From: Gammaproteobacteria bacterium
GTDB taxonomy: Bacteria > Pseudomonadota > Gammaproteobacteria > Magnimaribacterales > AG-339-G14
Direction of reading: 5' to 3'
Assembly: GCA_004213955.1 (NCBI GenBank)
Contig: SGZL01000002.1
Span: 10,982-74,981 of the forward strand
DNA: 64,000 nt
The notes beneath the pieces were generated by a model. The model was given only the letters and a program-made list of their open reading frames with translations. It was not told the origin of the DNA and ran no database searches. Made by a program: the position numbers and the translations under genes. Shown here one piece after another: positions 61,367 to 64,000 of this stretch (position 1 is the stretch's first letter; every line of letters begins with the position of its first letter).

Positions 61367-62065
61367 ATGGAATATGTTCTAGCTACTAACGACTATGTTG
61401 GTATATCTTTTTGGCTAGCCACAGCTATTATGCTTGCGTCTACTGTATTTTTCTTTATTGAAAGATCAGATGTTAAAGGTAAGTGGAAAACTTCTTTAAC
61501 TGTTGCAGGTTTAGTTACTGGTATAGCTTTTTGGCATTATTTGTACATGAGAGACGTGTGGGTAATGGTTGGTGATACACCTACTGTTTATCGATACATT
61601 GATTGGTTAATAACCGTTCCTCTTCAAATAATCGAATTTTATTTAGTTATCGCTGCTGTTACAGCTATCAGCGCAGCTATTTTCTGGAAGCTTTTAACTG
61701 CATCTATTGTGATGTTAGTTTTTGGTTACCTTGGAGAAACAGGATTAATGGATGTAACTCTTGGTTGGGTGATTGGAATGATTGCTTGGCTTTACATCAT
61801 TTATGAAATTTTCTTTGGTGAAACTGCTGCTGCAAATGCTGGAAGTGGAAACGCAGCCAGTCAACAAGCATTTACTACAATTAAATGGATTGTGACTGTA
61901 GGTTGGGCGATTTACCCATTGGGATATGCAATTGGATATTTCGGTGGCGGAGTAGATGCTAGTTCTTTGAACATCATTTATAACTTGGCTGACTTAATAA
62001 ACAAAACAGCATTTGGTTTAGCTATCTGGGCTGCTGCTAAAGCAGATTCAGAAGGCTCTTACTAA
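61367..62065 (+). CDS. Proteorhodopsin, blue-absorbing type (Gln at spectral tuning position)
   Basis: 232 aa, 7 TM. RYIDWLITVPLQIIEFYL carries the proton acceptor Asp, the tuning residue Gln (Leu in green PR) and the donor Glu. NLADLINKTAFGL carries the retinal Schiff-base Lys. SD GGGAGAG upstream. Confidence 0.95.
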   Translation: MEYVLATNDYVGISFWLATAIMLASTVFFFIERSDVKGKWKTSLTVAGLVTGIAFWHYLYMRDVWVMVGDTPTVYRYIDWLITVPLQIIEFYLVIAAVTAISAAIFWKLLTASIVMLVFGYLGETGLMDVTLGWVIGMIAWLYIIYEIFFGETAAANAGSGNAASQQAFTTIKWIVTVGWAIYPLGYAIGYFGGGVDASSLNIIYNLADLINKTAFGLAIWAAAKADSEGSY

Positions 62066-62081
62066 AGTAAGGAAAATAACC

Positions 62082-62118
62082 AAAAAAAACTCCGGCTTAA
62101 TAGCCGGAGTTTTTTTTT
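62082..62118 (+). terminator. Strong rho-independent (potentially bidirectional) terminator after proteorhodopsin
   Basis: AAAAAAAA-CTCCGGCT-TAAT-AGCCGGAG-TTTTTTTTT. Confidence 0.9.
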
Positions 62119-62121
62119 GGA

Positions 62122-62154
62122 GCTTCTTGTGAATCTCCCCCGTACACAAGAAGC
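62122..62154. other. Second, stand-alone perfect 10-bp hairpin with a C-rich 13-nt loop
   Basis: GCTTCTTGTG-AATCTCCCCCGTA-CACAAGAAGC, with no flanking T-run on either strand. Sits 4 nt after the PR terminator. Confidence 0.5.
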
Positions 62155-62243
62155 AATATAAGATATAAAAAAAATCTTTGAAGGTCAAAACTTTTATTAA
62201 CTTTTTTTATTTTAAATTTCATATTTTTTATTTAAAGTAAAGG

Positions 62244-62272
62244 TTGATTCAAATTTTCATAGTATGTAAATT
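62244..62272 (+). promoter_or_regulatory. Candidate sigma-70 promoter for tRNA-Gly
   Basis: TTGATT (62244-62249), a 17-nt spacer, then TAAATT (62267-62272), 9 nt before the mature tRNA 5' end. Confidence 0.35.
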
Positions 62273-62281
62273 ATCATCATT

Positions 62282-62357
62282 GCGATTGTAGCTCAGCTGG
62301 TAGAGCGCGACCTTGCCAAGGTCGAGGCCACGGGTTCGAACCCCGTCAATCGCTCCA
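62282..62357 (+). tRNA. tRNA-Gly (anticodon GCC), CCA encoded
   Basis: Acceptor GCGATTG/CAATCGC, anticodon stem CGACC/GGTCG with loop TTGCCAA, and T-arm ACGGG-TTCGAAC-CCCGT. Confidence 0.95.
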
Positions 62358-62377
62358 GTTTCTTTTCGGAATGTAAA

Positions 62378-63307
62378 ATGAAAAAACTTTTAATAGCTTC
62401 TCTTTTTCTTTTCAATCTCTATCTTTATTCTGATACTTGTGAGCATTCCATTTGGGGTGAAACTGACGAACTAGGAAATGCAAATTTGCTTAAACCAGAA
62501 TTGGTTATAAAGGCTTCAAAATTAATTAAATCCGGAAAAGTATATAGTTTAGGCCTAGTAGTTGATCAAAATACACCTGCTTATCCTCCACGATCGTTGA
62601 GTCTAAACGTTATTCAACCTACTCAACAGTTTGGAAAACTCGCTTTTCCCAATGCTACATATAACGATGACCTGTTTCATGGTTGGCTCGGAATAGGTTC
62701 ACAAATAGATGGTCTTGGCCATATCGGAGATCCTGATGCTATTTTTTATAACTGTCATGATGGTAAAGAGTTTTCTGAAACTACAGGTTTAACAAAACTA
62801 GGCATAGAAAAAATTCCACCAATTGTTACAAGAGGAATAGTTATTGATATTGCTAAGTATTTTAATAAAAAATATTTAGAGGTTGGAGAAACTTTTGACG
62901 TCGATGATGTCATCGGAGCTCTAAGCGCACAAAAGCTTTCCATAGATGAAGGAGACGTTGTTATCTTCCATACAGGATGGACCGAAGCTAAATATATTTC
63001 TGATCCAACGACGTGGGGCGCTGGGACGCCAGGCCCAACAGCAGAAGTTTCTGAATTTTTAGCTTCAAAAAATGTTGTTGCTGCTGGAGCAGATACTTGG
63101 TCATACGATGTGGTCCCACCAATTGACTTAGACGAACCTTATCCGGGTCATCAAATTTTACTTAAAGAAAATGGAATATATATTCTAGAAGCTATGAATA
63201 CTGGAAAACTAGTTGAAGACAAAGTTTATGAATTCTTATTTGTTCTCGGGCAAGCCAAAGTTAGGGGAGCAGTGCAAATGATAGTTAATCCGATTGCGAT
63301 AAATTAG
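62378..63307 (+). CDS. Secreted cyclase-family protein (kynurenine formamidase-like fold)
   Basis: 309 aa with signal peptide. GSQIDGLGHIG and DTWSYD blocks resemble putative-cyclase family proteins. Family-level call only. Confidence 0.5.
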   Translation: MKKLLIASLFLFNLYLYSDTCEHSIWGETDELGNANLLKPELVIKASKLIKSGKVYSLGLVVDQNTPAYPPRSLSLNVIQPTQQFGKLAFPNATYNDDLFHGWLGIGSQIDGLGHIGDPDAIFYNCHDGKEFSETTGLTKLGIEKIPPIVTRGIVIDIAKYFNKKYLEVGETFDVDDVIGALSAQKLSIDEGDVVIFHTGWTEAKYISDPTTWGAGTPGPTAEVSEFLASKNVVAAGADTWSYDVVPPIDLDEPYPGHQILLKENGIYILEAMNTGKLVEDKVYEFLFVLGQAKVRGAVQMIVNPIAIN

Positions 63308-63944
63308 AGTTATCTATCTCATCAGCAATAAAGTGATTTTTATCTCTGTGACCAGCCTCATCATTTCTGACTGCAATTACAACGTCTCTTAAAGAAGCAT
63401 CCTTTCCAAGATTCCAATAATTGATAGCAATCTCTGGTGCAGGTGTATTTTCAATTTCACCTTTATCTATTTCATTTAGATATTCGGTATAAGAAGTCAC
63501 AGCTTCTTCCTCGAAATAGCCAATCATCCTATGTGCGGTTCGATTAAAGAAAATATACAGAAAGGTGTAAAAGGTTCCAAAACCTATTTGAGCTAAGAAA
63601 ATTAGAAAACGTTCGAACGTAGATGGTTTAGCAATTTCTATGAAAGTCATCAAATGCATTCTCTCGTTTTCAGCTTCTTCTAACATTTCACGAATAAGTC
63701 CGTTGTCATTCTGCATTCTTCTGAGAGAGCGCAAATGATGGATAACTCCTGCTACCATTCCTGGGACAGCCGCTACAGTTTCTAAGACTACCGCTCTATG
63801 TCCATATCTTTTTTTGAAAAGAAAATCTGCTGAATTTCTAAGGAATTTAGTAACACCCAGCGCAAATGAATCACTTATAGAAATGGGAAGCTTGTGCCCA
63901 GCTAATTCGTTTTTCATATTTGGTGGTAATTCCTGATTTAACAT
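63285..63944 (-). CDS. Alternative oxidase (non-proton-pumping ubiquinol oxidase, AOX)
   Basis: 219 aa. All four di-iron helix motifs are present: LETVAAVPGMV, EAENERMHL, YFEEEAVTSY, RNDEAGHRDKNH. Confidence 0.9.
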   Translation of the reverse strand: MLNQELPPNMKNELAGHKLPISISDSFALGVTKFLRNSADFLFKKRYGHRAVVLETVAAVPGMVAGVIHHLRSLRRMQNDNGLIREMLEEAENERMHLMTFIEIAKPSTFERFLIFLAQIGFGTFYTFLYIFFNRTAHRMIGYFEEEAVTSYTEYLNEIDKGEIENTPAPEIAINYWNLGKDASLRDVVIAVRNDEAGHRDKNHFIADEIDNSNLSQSD

Positions 63945-64000
63945 AAGCTCATCATATATAAATCAAAGTTATATAAAATATTTTGAACCTATTAATTTGG

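Noticed and set aside
62282-64000. Genomic island or integrative element at tRNA-Gly
   Set aside because: No integrase, no transposase, and no visible direct repeat of the tRNA 3' end within the window. Only two cargo-like genes (cyclase, AOX). It cannot be assessed beyond the window edge.

Overview
AT-rich (roughly one-third G+C by eye) and extremely compact chromosomal segment. Most neighbouring genes abut or overlap (ATGA-type overlaps), and convergent genes overlap without terminators. The backbone is gammaproteobacterial core synteny: lspA-ispH, ampD/ampG, groESL, rpsP-rimM-trmD-rplS, xerD-dsbC, hom-thrC, prfB-lysS, nrdAB, glpK, argF, serA, ung, ygfZ/sdhE, rpoE-antisigma-degP-lepA-lepB-rnc-era-recO-acpS-adk, plsB, yajC-secDF, suhB/trmJ and glnK-amtB, plus three tRNAs. 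Marine photoheterotroph accessory genes are interspersed: a blue-tuned proteorhodopsin next to a TonB-dependent receptor and a MATE pump, an alternative oxidase, and an RPE65/carotenoid-cleavage oxygenase. This fits a streamlined marine gammaproteobacterium of SAR86-like lifestyle, but that taxon is inference only. I found no CRISPR array, transposase, integrase, prophage or recognisable defence island. The unexplained signal sits in the few long non-coding gaps. (1) A self-contained cassette lies between era and recO: a GGA-rich leader, a 54-aa YRG-repeat microprotein and its own terminator. (2) A 375-bp ORF-free, AT-rich gap upstream of ung ends in three clustered DnaA boxes, two of them forming a perfect palindrome. 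(3) The nrdA control region has paired NrdR boxes plus DnaA boxes. Also notable are ribosomal protein S16 with a long C-terminal extension built from perfect tandem DNA repeats, the canonical prfB +1 frameshift site, and a consensus sigma-E promoter.
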